Below the pieces are notes generated by a model. That model made no database searches and was not told where the DNA came from. It saw only the letters and a list, made by a program, of their open reading frames with translations. Of a stretch of DNA of 13,974 bases, positions 6,862 through 13,974 are shown piece after piece; positions within the stretch are counted from its first letter, which is position 1, and each line of letters begins with the position of its first letter. Position numbers and translations under genes: made by a program. The stretch covers positions 1 to 13,974 of the forward strand of contig JAZKFS010000113.1 of NCBI GenBank assembly GCA_040386315.1, written 5' to 3'. This stretch comes from Bacteroidota bacterium. Lineage in GTDB: Bacteria > Bacteroidota > Ignavibacteria > Kapaibacteriales > DASPKH01.

Positions 6862-8157
6862 TTAGCGTGCGCCTCCTGCAATATCCTGCTCGTCATCTTC
6901 GCTGAATACATCGGGATTTTCCTCGATCTCACTTTCGGTAGTATCGCCGATCTTCGAGCGCAGCTCTAAATAACCATTGATATTTTTCAGATCTACCATT
7001 CCGATATACTGCCAGTTATCTACCACCATTAAGTGATTGCGCTCCGTTATTCTCATAATTTCAAGGGCATCATACGCGGGAGCATCAGGAGAAATAATGG
7101 TGGCTTCTCCAAAATCCTGCATAAAATCCTTTACTTTCTTGCCGCGCCATTTATTGGGAGGAATTCCCTGTATAGACTCCAGCGATATATAGCCAAGGGT
7201 TTTATCGCCGTCTATCACAGCGTAGAAATCATAAAAATGCTTATACGAATGCTCGTGAACAAGGTCGTATATATTCATGTCCGGCGTCACGGCCATACTG
7301 TTTGGATTTAAAAACTTCCGCACGGTATCATCTTTTAAAACCCGCCGCGACATTAAATGCCCGTACGACATCCGGGAAGCAATACGCACCGACAGCCCGG
7401 CTACAAACCACCACATACCTTCTACAAAGTCGGTATGGAGAAATTTATAAAATCCCAGCACCATCAAAGCAATACCCAGGATCGAACCGACATTTGCCGC
7501 AATACGCGTGGCATAGGCAATATTACGCCGCCATACCCAGATCAGCGCCCGCACCACACGCCCGCCATCAAGCGGGTATGCCGGAATAAGATTAAACGCA
7601 CAAAGCGCCAGGTTTGCCGTGGACAAAAACCGTAAAACTTCGACTGATGGCGCCGGCCAGTCATTATCACTGCCCTTCCCTTCAAGTATGGAAAATACAA
7701 ACCATAATATCAAACTAACCGCCGGCCCGGCCAGCGACAGCAGTATTTCTGATTTTGCCGTTTCGGGTTCATCTTCCTGCTCGGCTATCCCGCCAAAAAG
7801 GAAAAGAATGATCCGGCTCATCGGTGTTCCGACACTCCGCGCGGCAGCAATGTGCGCTACTTCATGCAGCAGCAGTGAGACAATATATCCTACCGCTCCT
7901 GCTAGTCCCATCATCCAGAATGTTCCGGTGGTAAATGTCGGCAACCTCTTCGGAAAAAGCTGTGTGGAAAGCGACCACATCATCAGAAAGATCAGCACGA
8001 TCCAGTACATATCCACGCGTATCTCCGCGCCAAGTATTTTCAATGTACGGAATGTCTTAAATATCGGTAGTGAACTGGTAACCATGGGCAATATTTTTTT
8101 AAAAGTGGATCGTGATGCGGTTTGGATTGCTTTTAAAAACATTTCAGCCAGCGGCAA
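6862..8157 (-). CDS. M50-family (site-2-protease-like) zinc metalloprotease with C-terminal tandem CBS domains
   Basis: HExxH motif in a TM helix (LLHEVAHIAAA), the second zinc-ligand/LDG motif (NLIPAYPLDGGRVV), multiple TM helices, then a CBS pair (…DLVHEHSYKHFYDFYAVIDGDKTLGYISLESI… / …ALEIMRITERNHLMVVDNWQYIGMVDLKNI…). The true start may be the internal Met giving MVTSSLPIFKTFRTLKILGAEIRVD (ATG complement at 8083-8085), which matches typical N-termini of this family. The longest ORF is reported here. Confidence 0.85.
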   Translation of the reverse strand: MPLAEMFLKAIQTASRSTFKKILPMVTSSLPIFKTFRTLKILGAEIRVDMYWIVLIFLMMWSLSTQLFPKRLPTFTTGTFWMMGLAGAVGYIVSLLLHEVAHIAAARSVGTPMSRIILFLFGGIAEQEDEPETAKSEILLSLAGPAVSLILWFVFSILEGKGSDNDWPAPSVEVLRFLSTANLALCAFNLIPAYPLDGGRVVRALIWVWRRNIAYATRIAANVGSILGIALMVLGFYKFLHTDFVEGMWWFVAGLSVRIASRMSYGHLMSRRVLKDDTVRKFLNPNSMAVTPDMNIYDLVHEHSYKHFYDFYAVIDGDKTLGYISLESIQGIPPNKWRGKKVKDFMQDFGEATIISPDAPAYDALEIMRITERNHLMVVDNWQYIGMVDLKNINGYLELRSKIGDTTESEIEENPDVFSEDDEQDIAGGAR

Positions 8158-8253
8158 CGTTCCGGCAATGAAATGTGAAACTTCGCTTTTAAAACCGCGT
8201 ATTTTTAAAGAATAACTTCAAACTTTTTTTAAAAGACTTTATTTCCCTTTCAC

Positions 8254-9237
8254 ATGAATATCCTCATCATCGGCGGAACGGTTTTTCTCGGACGCCACAT
8301 CGCAGAAACTGCTTTACAAGCCGGACACAAAGTTACGCTATTTAATCGTGGCATTCACAATCCCGAACTTTTTCCCGAAGCAGAGAAAATTCACGGCGAT
8401 AGGCGAAAAGATGTTTCACTTTTAAAAAACAGGAAATGGGACGCGGTGATCGACACGTCAGGATATTTCCCGAAAGATGTGAGCACGCTGGCGGAGGTTT
8501 TAAAAGGAAGTATTTCGCAGTATATTTTTATTTCCACAGTTTCCGTTTACTCAAATTTTGACAAACCGAATGATGAAAATTCCGAACTGGCGCAATTGCC
8601 TGAAGGCGCAGATGAAACGAAAATAACCGGTGAAACATACGGCGCATTAAAAGTTCTCTGCGAGCAGGAAGTTTTAAAAGCTTTTAAAAATGAAGCGCTG
8701 ATAATTCGTCCGGGTTTGATTGTCGGGCCGCACGATCCGACGGGACGATTTACGTATTGGCCGCGCAGAATTGCGCGTGGAGGAAATATCCTTGCGCCCG
8801 GAAATCCAGCCGCGCCAGTGCAGTTTATTGATGTTCGCGATCTTGCTGAATGGACAATTCGCCTTGTGGAGGCTCGCACGACGGGAATTTTTAATGCGAC
8901 GGGGCCAAAAGAGCTTTTAAAAATGGGTGAGTTTTTAAAAGAATGTAAAACAGTTTTAAAAAGTAACGCAGATTTTACGTGGGTAAGCGAGGATTTTCTT
9001 TTAAAAAACGACGTCGCTGCGTACACGGAAATGCCGCTGTGGATTCCCGCGCAGGCGGAAGATATGAGCCGCACGGATATTTCAAAAGCAGTTGAAAATG
9101 GTTTGACATTTCACGATTTAAAAACGACAATTGAGGATACTTTAGATTGGGATAAAACTATTATCGAGAAATTCCAGCAGGACGCCAGCATGACTACAGA
9201 GCGTGAGCAGGAGCTTTTAAAAGCGTGGAATCCGTGA
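8254..9237 (+). CDS. NAD(P)-dependent epimerase/dehydratase-family protein (extended SDR)
   Basis: N-terminal Rossmann dinucleotide-binding motif MNILIIGGTVFLGRHIA. Length 327 aa and overall pattern are typical of the NAD-dependent epimerase/dehydratase family. No specific substrate can be assigned from sequence alone. Confidence 0.8.
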   Translation: MNILIIGGTVFLGRHIAETALQAGHKVTLFNRGIHNPELFPEAEKIHGDRRKDVSLLKNRKWDAVIDTSGYFPKDVSTLAEVLKGSISQYIFISTVSVYSNFDKPNDENSELAQLPEGADETKITGETYGALKVLCEQEVLKAFKNEALIIRPGLIVGPHDPTGRFTYWPRRIARGGNILAPGNPAAPVQFIDVRDLAEWTIRLVEARTTGIFNATGPKELLKMGEFLKECKTVLKSNADFTWVSEDFLLKNDVAAYTEMPLWIPAQAEDMSRTDISKAVENGLTFHDLKTTIEDTLDWDKTIIEKFQQDASMTTEREQELLKAWNP

Positions 9238-9264
9238 TTTTAAAAAATCCTTTTTAAAAACAAT

Positions 9265-9975
9265 TTACTTCACAGCGTCAAGTACAGGTTTTAAAATTGC
9301 CCACACATTTTCAGCAACGATACGGTGTCCTTCCGCCGTCGGGTGAATGCCGTCCTGCTGATTCAATTTTACTACACCGCCAACTTTTTCAAGAATAAAC
9401 GGAATAAACGCAAGCCCGTTTTTCTGCGCTAAATCGCTGTACATATTTTTAAAATCTGCCGTATACTTCTGCCCGAGATTCGGCGGGAGCTGCATTCCCG
9501 CGAGAATTATTTTTACATCGGGATATGTGGATTTTGTTCTGTCAATTATTGCCTGAAGATTTTTTCGTGTATCCTCCACCGGAACGCCGCGCAGACCGTC
9601 ATTTGCGCCAAGCTCCAGCACCATGATGTCTATTTTTTCTTTTAAAAGCCAGTCAATTCTGCGTAAACCTCCGGCTGAGGTTTCGCCGCTCACGCCTGCG
9701 TTGATACTTTTAAAAGGAAGTTTTAAAGAATCAATTTTCTGCTGGATCAATGCCGGGAATGCTTCGGAAAGCTCCACGCCGAAACCTGCCGTAATGCTAT
9801 TGCCAAGAAAGAGAATGTTTTTAAAAGAAGTCGTTTGATCTGAATTTTGCGTTGCTGCGGGCGCGGATGTTTCAATCGTTGCAGTTGTGTTTTCAGGAGC
9901 TTTTTTGCAGGAGGAAAATAGCGTTACAGCTATTAATAATGCTGCCGGAAAATGTTTCGGGAAACTTGTTCTCAT
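9265..9975 (-). CDS. tesA: SGNH/GDSL hydrolase, TesA-like (acyl-CoA thioesterase I / lysophospholipase L1-type) lipoprotein
   Basis: Lipoprotein signal peptide with lipobox (LIAVTLFSSC). GDSL block ILFLGNSITAGFG, block III MVLELGANDGLRG, and catalytic block V DGIHPTAEGHRIV. It lies divergent to a ybbA-like ATPase gene exactly as tesA does to ybbA in E. coli. Residue-level similarity to E. coli TesA is recalled from memory. Confidence 0.9.
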   Translation of the reverse strand: MRTSFPKHFPAALLIAVTLFSSCKKAPENTTATIETSAPAATQNSDQTTSFKNILFLGNSITAGFGVELSEAFPALIQQKIDSLKLPFKSINAGVSGETSAGGLRRIDWLLKEKIDIMVLELGANDGLRGVPVEDTRKNLQAIIDRTKSTYPDVKIILAGMQLPPNLGQKYTADFKNMYSDLAQKNGLAFIPFILEKVGGVVKLNQQDGIHPTAEGHRIVAENVWAILKPVLDAVK

Positions 9976-10068
9976 ACTTCGCCGTATAGTTGGGTAAATG
10001 TTTTTAAAAGAAATTATTTTTTAAAGGATACTTCGACTAGCTCAGTATGAAAATTCGGTGAGCTTTTT

Positions 10069-10104
10069 AAAAACTCAAAACTCAGAATTCAAAACTCAAA
10101 ACTA
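10069..10104 (+). promoter_or_regulatory. Tandem AAAACTC heptamer repeats (x4, interrupted by GAATTC) immediately upstream of the ybbA-like start
   Basis: aaaactcaaaactcagaattcaaaactcaaaactac ends 8 nt before the ATG at 10112. It sits in the tesA/ybbA divergent promoter region. Function unknown; it could be an operator or UP-like element. Confidence 0.35.
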
Positions 10105-10111
10105 CTTAGAA

Positions 10112-10798
10112 ATGAACGTACTCGATATTCGCAACGTCAGCAAAACCTACCGCAGCGGAAAAACTAATCTCACCGTGCTTAAAGATATAGACTTTTCGCT
10201 TCCCGAGGGCGCCAGCTGCTCGATCGTTGGCCCATCGGGTTCGGGAAAATCCACTCTTCTGGGTTTGTGCGCCGGGCTGGACAGTCCGACCACGGGAACA
10301 GTCGCCATTAACGACGTGATATTGAACAAGCTAAACGAAGACAAGCGCGCACAAGTTCGCAATCAGTTCGTTGGGTTTATTTTTCAGAATTTCCAGCTCG
10401 TGCCGACGCTCACCGCGCTTGAAAACGTGATGGTTCCGCTGGAGCTGCGTGGTGAAAGCGGCAGCAAGCCGTTTGCACAGGAGCTGCTTAAGATGGTGGG
10501 GCTTGAGGCGCGCATGGGGCATTATCCGGTGCAGCTTTCCGGCGGTGAGCAGCAGCGCGTGGCGATTGCGCGGGCGTTTATTAATAAGCCGAAAATCCTT
10601 TTTGCTGATGAGCCGACGGGAAATTTGGACGGCGAAACAAGTGAGATCATTGCGAAGCTGCTTTTCGACCTGAATGCCACGCAGGGAACGACGCTTGTGC
10701 TGGTGACGCATGATCTTGACCTTGCGCGGAATACGCAGCGGATTATCCGGTTGAAGAGTGGGATGATTGTTTCGGATGAGATGAATGTGGCGGTGTGA
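10112..10798 (+). CDS. ybbA: ABC transporter ATP-binding protein, YbbA-like
   Basis: Walker A GPSGSGKST, signature [15 protein letters not shown], Walker [14 protein letters not shown]-loop VTHDL. Block-by-block similarity to E. coli YbbA from memory (e.g. [14 protein letters not shown]..I..LLFxLN...GTTL..VTHDL.LA). I choose the start MNVLDIRNVSKTY (10112), giving 228 aa, rather than the ORF-track 10058, because the upstream 18 codons are derived from the AAAACTC repeat. Confidence 0.9.
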   Translation: MNVLDIRNVSKTYRSGKTNLTVLKDIDFSLPEGASCSIVGPSGSGKSTLLGLCAGLDSPTTGTVAINDVILNKLNEDKRAQVRNQFVGFIFQNFQLVPTLTALENVMVPLELRGESGSKPFAQELLKMVGLEARMGHYPVQLSGGEQQRVAIARAFINKPKILFADEPTGNLDGETSEIIAKLLFDLNATQGTTLVLVTHDLDLARNTQRIIRLKSGMIVSDEMNVAV

Positions 10799-10914
10799 TT
10801 TTGTCTGAACTAGGATTTCTGGGATTTGAGGATTGAAGGATTTCTTTTAAAAGTTAGATTTTAAAAGGCTTCACGCAAAGGAAATGCGAAAAGCTGACGA
10901 TTTCCTGTTGACGT

Positions 10915-11113
10915 GAATCCCTCTGCCCTACGGGCATCTCCCTTAATAAGGGAGACTTTCTTCTGATGTGTTTTTTTAATTGTCATTCCCTTGAAAAAGG
11001 GAATCAACATCGGACGTTGCTTTAAAGCTTTTTGCCGTGAAGCAGAGTTTTTAAAAGCATTTTGCTTTTTGGCAACTGTTGGAGGAGATTCCCGCTTTCG
11101 CTGGGAATGACAG
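10915..11113. repeat. Second copy of the hairpin-repeat family: full left unit plus H2-type inverted partner; right outer arm absent
   Basis: 10915-10960 gaatccctctgccctacgggcatctcccttaataagggagactttc matches 1739-1790. 10981-11008 tgtcattcccttgaaaaagggaatcaac is module H2. 11084-11113 ggagattcccgctttcgctgggaatgacag is H2 in inverted orientation. The element lies inside the 573-bp ybbA-ybbP spacer. Confidence 0.7.
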
Positions 11114-11371
11114 TTTAAAAAAATACTTTTTAAAAGTTTAGATGATTGAATTAGTTTTTAAAGAAAATCCTTTAATCCTGAAATCCTATAAATCATAGTT
11201 CAGACGAAAATAAACAGGTGCTATTGACGGCAAGGGTGACCGCCCACTGCTGGTGGAATGATGTACGACCGGACACAAATAATTTCCTGATATTCTTTTT
11301 AAAAGTCTTTTAAAAGCTGGTGTTTTTAAAAACTTTTTCAATTTTACTTTTACCTTTTTACTTTTCAATAA

Positions 11372-13918
11372 ATGAATTTTCTCCGCGCACTTTTTGCTTC
11401 ATGGACGTATAAGATGGCGTGGCGCGACAGCCGCACGCATCGCCGGAAACTGCTGATGTTTATGTCGAGCATTGTGCTGGGCGTAGCGTCGCTGGTGGCG
11501 ATTGACGGGTTTGGCGAGAGTATGCAGGCGTCAATTGCGACGGAGTCGAAGTCGCTGCTGGGGGCTGACCTGGCGCTGGATAGTAAGCAGAAGTTTTCTG
11601 AGGATGCGGAGCGGCTGATTGATTCGATCGGGAGGACTTTTAAAGGTGAGCAGGCGCGGCAAACGAGCTTTACGTCGATGATCTACCTGCCGAAAAGTGA
11701 AAGTGCGAGGTTTGCGCAGATACGCGCGCTGGAGGGAAATTTCCCGTTTTACGGTGATTTTGAAACGGAACCGGCGGGTGTGACACGGCTTTTTAAAAAC
11801 AGTGAATTTGCGGTGATCGATGAGAGTTTTTTAAAAGAAGAGGGCGGCGTGATCGGCGATACGTTGCAGGTTGGCGCGGCAAAACTGATCATTAAAGGGC
11901 TTTTAAAAAAGGCGCCGGGCGAGGCATCGGTTGTGGCGATGGCTGCGCCGCGCGTGTATATTCCGGTTTCTGTCCTGGAAAAAACGGGTCTGCTTCAGCA
12001 AGGCAGCCGTATGCAGTATAAAGTGTTTTTTAAATTTCCGGAGAATGTTCGCGGGAAAGCGATCGGCGATTCACTGGATGTAAAGCTGACGAAAAATCAA
12101 ATTGATTACGAAACGCCGGAGTCACGGCAGCAGGCGCTGGAACTCGTTCTTGATAATGTCAACCGGTTTTTAAAACTTCTGGGTTTTATTGCGTTGCTGC
12201 TGGGCGGCGCGGGTGTGGCGAGCGCGGTGTATGCGTACATCCGGCAGAAACTTCCGACGATCGCGGTGCTGCGTTGCCTTGGCGCGACGGCTTCTCAGAC
12301 GTTTGCGGTGTATTGCGTGCAGGCGATCGCGATGGGATTTATTGGTTCGGTGGCGGGCGCGCTTGTCGGTGTGGCAATTCAATATTCCCTTCCCGCGATT
12401 TTTAAAGACCTCATTCCGTCTGACCTTTCGATGGTTTTGCCGCTGCGCTCAATTGGACGCGGAATCCTGACGGGCGTGGGAATGTCGCTGCTTTTTGCGA
12501 TGCTGCCGCTGCTTTCCATTCGTAAAGTTGAACCGTTTTCTGCGCTGCGTGCTTCGTTTGAGGAAGGCTTGCAAAAGCCTGATCCGCTGCGGTTTGTGCT
12601 ATATGCGGTGATCGCTGTTGCGGTGTATTTTTTCGCGTATGCGCAGACTGAAAATTACATTGCAGCAGCTGTGTATTCGGTTTCGCTTGCAGTTGTCTTT
12701 GGCGCACTGGCGCTGGCGGCGATTGTTTTACGAAAGCTTTTAAAAGCATTTTTCCCGGGTAGTTTTCCGTATGTGTGGCGGCAGGGTTTGGCGAATCTTT
12801 TTCGTCCGAATAACCAGACGCTGACGCTGATGGTAAGCCTGGGATTTGGTACGTTTTTAATTTCCATGCTGTATATTGTGCAGAGCAATCTTTTAAACCA
12901 GCTTTCCGTGGCGGGTTCGGCGGGGCAACCGAATTTCATACTTTTTGATGTGCAGAAAGACCAGCGTACGGGCGTTCTGGACATTTTAAAAACTAATAAA
13001 GCAATCATTGTAGATGAAGCGCCGATAGTTTCTATGCGCCTTGAAACGATCAAAGGCAAAACTATTGACGAAAATTCCGCTAACCCGAATGAGCGAATGA
13101 AAGTGATGCAGCGCGAATACCGCGTTACGTACCGCAATAAGCTCGCCGACAATGAAGAATTAACACTCGGAACGCTTCAAAAACGAGCGCCGGATTTGCA
13201 GCATGTACAGATCTCGCTGGCTGACCGGCTGGCAGAATTGTGGGAAGTGAAGATCGGCGATGAGATTCGTTTTAATGTGCAGGGGCTGATAATTAACGCG
13301 AAAGTGGGCTCGCTGCGCAAGGTGAATTTCAGGAAAGTGCAGACGAGTTTTCAGATCGTTTTTCCGCCGGGAGTTTTGGAAGATGCGCCGCAATTCTACA
13401 CGGTTATTATTAAAACGCCTAATAAAAACGGCGCCCAAATCCAAAGCCAGCTTGCGCAGAAATACCCGAATGTTTCCGCGATTGACCTCGGGCTGATCCT
13501 GGAAACGGTAGATAAGATCTTACAAAAGGTTGCCTCCATCATTCGCTTTATGGCGCTTTTCAGCGTGGTGACAGGGCTAACGGTACTGGCTTCAAGCATT
13601 ATCATTAGCCGCTACCAGCGCTCCCGCGAAAATGTCCTACTGCGGACGCTTGGCGCGACTGGCCGGCAGATCACGCTTATCACGCTGGCAGAATATTTCC
13701 TGCTCGGGCTACTTGCTGCGCTGACTGGAATGCTGCTCTCCTATCTCGGCTCGTGGCTGATGGTCACACAGGCGTTCCGTCTGGAATATAAACCGGAATG
13801 GGCTCTTGGGCTGGTTATTGCGCTTTGCGTAGCGCTACTTGTGATGATCATGGGATTTTTAAACAGCCGGAGTTCTTTAAAAATGCCGCCGTTGGAGGTT
13901 TTGCGGAGCGGGGTGTAG
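11372..13918 (+). CDS. ybbP: YbbP-like ABC transporter permease with two FtsX domains (848 aa, predicted ~10 TM)
   Basis: Large permease with two hydrophobic FtsX-type TM clusters (approx. aa 270-460 and 700-848), each following a soluble domain. The N-terminus (MNFLRALFASW…RRKLLMFMSSIVLGVASLVAIDGF) resembles E. coli YbbP. It follows a ybbA-like gene and is divergent to tesA, reproducing the tesA-ybbA-ybbP synteny. Confidence 0.9.
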   Translation: MNFLRALFASWTYKMAWRDSRTHRRKLLMFMSSIVLGVASLVAIDGFGESMQASIATESKSLLGADLALDSKQKFSEDAERLIDSIGRTFKGEQARQTSFTSMIYLPKSESARFAQIRALEGNFPFYGDFETEPAGVTRLFKNSEFAVIDESFLKEEGGVIGDTLQVGAAKLIIKGLLKKAPGEASVVAMAAPRVYIPVSVLEKTGLLQQGSRMQYKVFFKFPENVRGKAIGDSLDVKLTKNQIDYETPESRQQALELVLDNVNRFLKLLGFIALLLGGAGVASAVYAYIRQKLPTIAVLRCLGATASQTFAVYCVQAIAMGFIGSVAGALVGVAIQYSLPAIFKDLIPSDLSMVLPLRSIGRGILTGVGMSLLFAMLPLLSIRKVEPFSALRASFEEGLQKPDPLRFVLYAVIAVAVYFFAYAQTENYIAAAVYSVSLAVVFGALALAAIVLRKLLKAFFPGSFPYVWRQGLANLFRPNNQTLTLMVSLGFGTFLISMLYIVQSNLLNQLSVAGSAGQPNFILFDVQKDQRTGVLDILKTNKAIIVDEAPIVSMRLETIKGKTIDENSANPNERMKVMQREYRVTYRNKLADNEELTLGTLQKRAPDLQHVQISLADRLAELWEVKIGDEIRFNVQGLIINAKVGSLRKVNFRKVQTSFQIVFPPGVLEDAPQFYTVIIKTPNKNGAQIQSQLAQKYPNVSAIDLGLILETVDKILQKVASIIRFMALFSVVTGLTVLASSIIISRYQRSRENVLLRTLGATGRQITLITLAEYFLLGLLAALTGMLLSYLGSWLMVTQAFRLEYKPEWALGLVIALCVALLVMIMGFLNSRSSLKMPPLEVLRSGV

Positions 13919-13974
13919 CGGTTTTTAAAAACTATAATTTTTGGATACTTTTCCTTAATGTAATTGAACGTTCC

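Noticed and set aside
7033-8215. Several 90-200-aa plus-strand ORFs overlapping the M50 protease gene
   Set aside because: They are antisense to a CDS with clear HExxH, LDG and CBS motifs and have no domain signatures of their own.
8547-9074. 175-aa minus-strand ORF inside the epimerase gene
   Set aside because: It is antisense to a CDS with a clear Rossmann motif and has no features of its own.
1736-11113. Possibility that the hairpin repeats form a CRISPR array
   Set aside because: The repeats are not short, identical, regularly spaced direct repeats with unique spacers. They are inverted, imperfect copies at different loci, and no cas genes are present.
11186-11368. 60-aa Lys-rich ORF on the minus strand in the ybbA-ybbP spacer
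   Set aside because: Its lysine-rich sequence is produced simply by reading the clustered TTTTAAAA/CTTTTA repeats (AAA codons). No start context is evident.
12170-13605. Arg-rich and other ORFs on both strands inside ybbP (12170-12382, 12189-12470, 12411-12749, 12655-13152, 13160-13605)
   Set aside because: They are overlapping or antisense frames within a well-supported 848-aa permease gene. The arginine-rich translation is typical of the off-frame of GC-rich membrane-protein DNA.
1-13974. TTTTAAAA abundance as a sequencing/assembly artefact (homopolymer error)
   Set aside because: The motif is exact, lies in-frame in conserved proteins where it encodes sensible Leu/Phe-Lys pairs, never creates a TAA stop, and occurs in distinct unique contexts. 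Artefacts would not respect reading frame.

Overview
This window is a chromosomal housekeeping/accessory mix from a bacterium of roughly 50% GC that uses Shine-Dalgarno sequences at least sometimes (GGAGG lies 8 nt before the flotillin start).

Gene content, left to right:
(i) The 3' end of an ABC ATPase gene followed by two paralogous MacB/LolCE-type FtsX permease genes (+ strand).
(ii) A small PIN-domain (VapC-like) toxin with an upstream antitoxin on the - strand. This pair sits in an ~800 bp insert that is flanked by a duplicated copy of the last ~35 nt of the FtsX gene.
(iii) A - strand block: M50 (site-2-protease-like) metalloprotease with tandem CBS domains, then an NfeD-like membrane protein, then a flotillin/SPFH protein. 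The last two form the classic nfeD-floT pair.
(iv) An NAD-dependent epimerase/dehydratase-family (SDR) gene on the + strand.
(v) A clear tesA-ybbA-ybbP-type cluster: a divergent SGNH/TesA-like lipoprotein, a YbbA-like ABC ATPase, and an 848-aa double-FtsX YbbP-like permease.

Beyond the genes, two observations stand out:
(a) The 8-bp palindrome TTTTAAAA occurs about 60 times in 14 kb against an expectation below 1. It is found in both coding and non-coding DNA. Within genes it always sits in the two reading frames that avoid the TAA stop, encoding Leu/Phe-Lys. This is a 'highly iterated palindrome' situation analogous to cyanobacterial HIP1.
(b) A family of G/C-rich hairpin repeats (modules CATCTCCCTT..AAGGGAGACTTTC and GTCATTCC..GGGAATC) appears as a 251-bp composite palindrome between the two FtsX genes. 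A second, partial copy lies between ybbA and ybbP, and smaller relatives sit in two other operon spacers.

There are no rRNA or tRNA genes, no CRISPR array and no transposase in this window.
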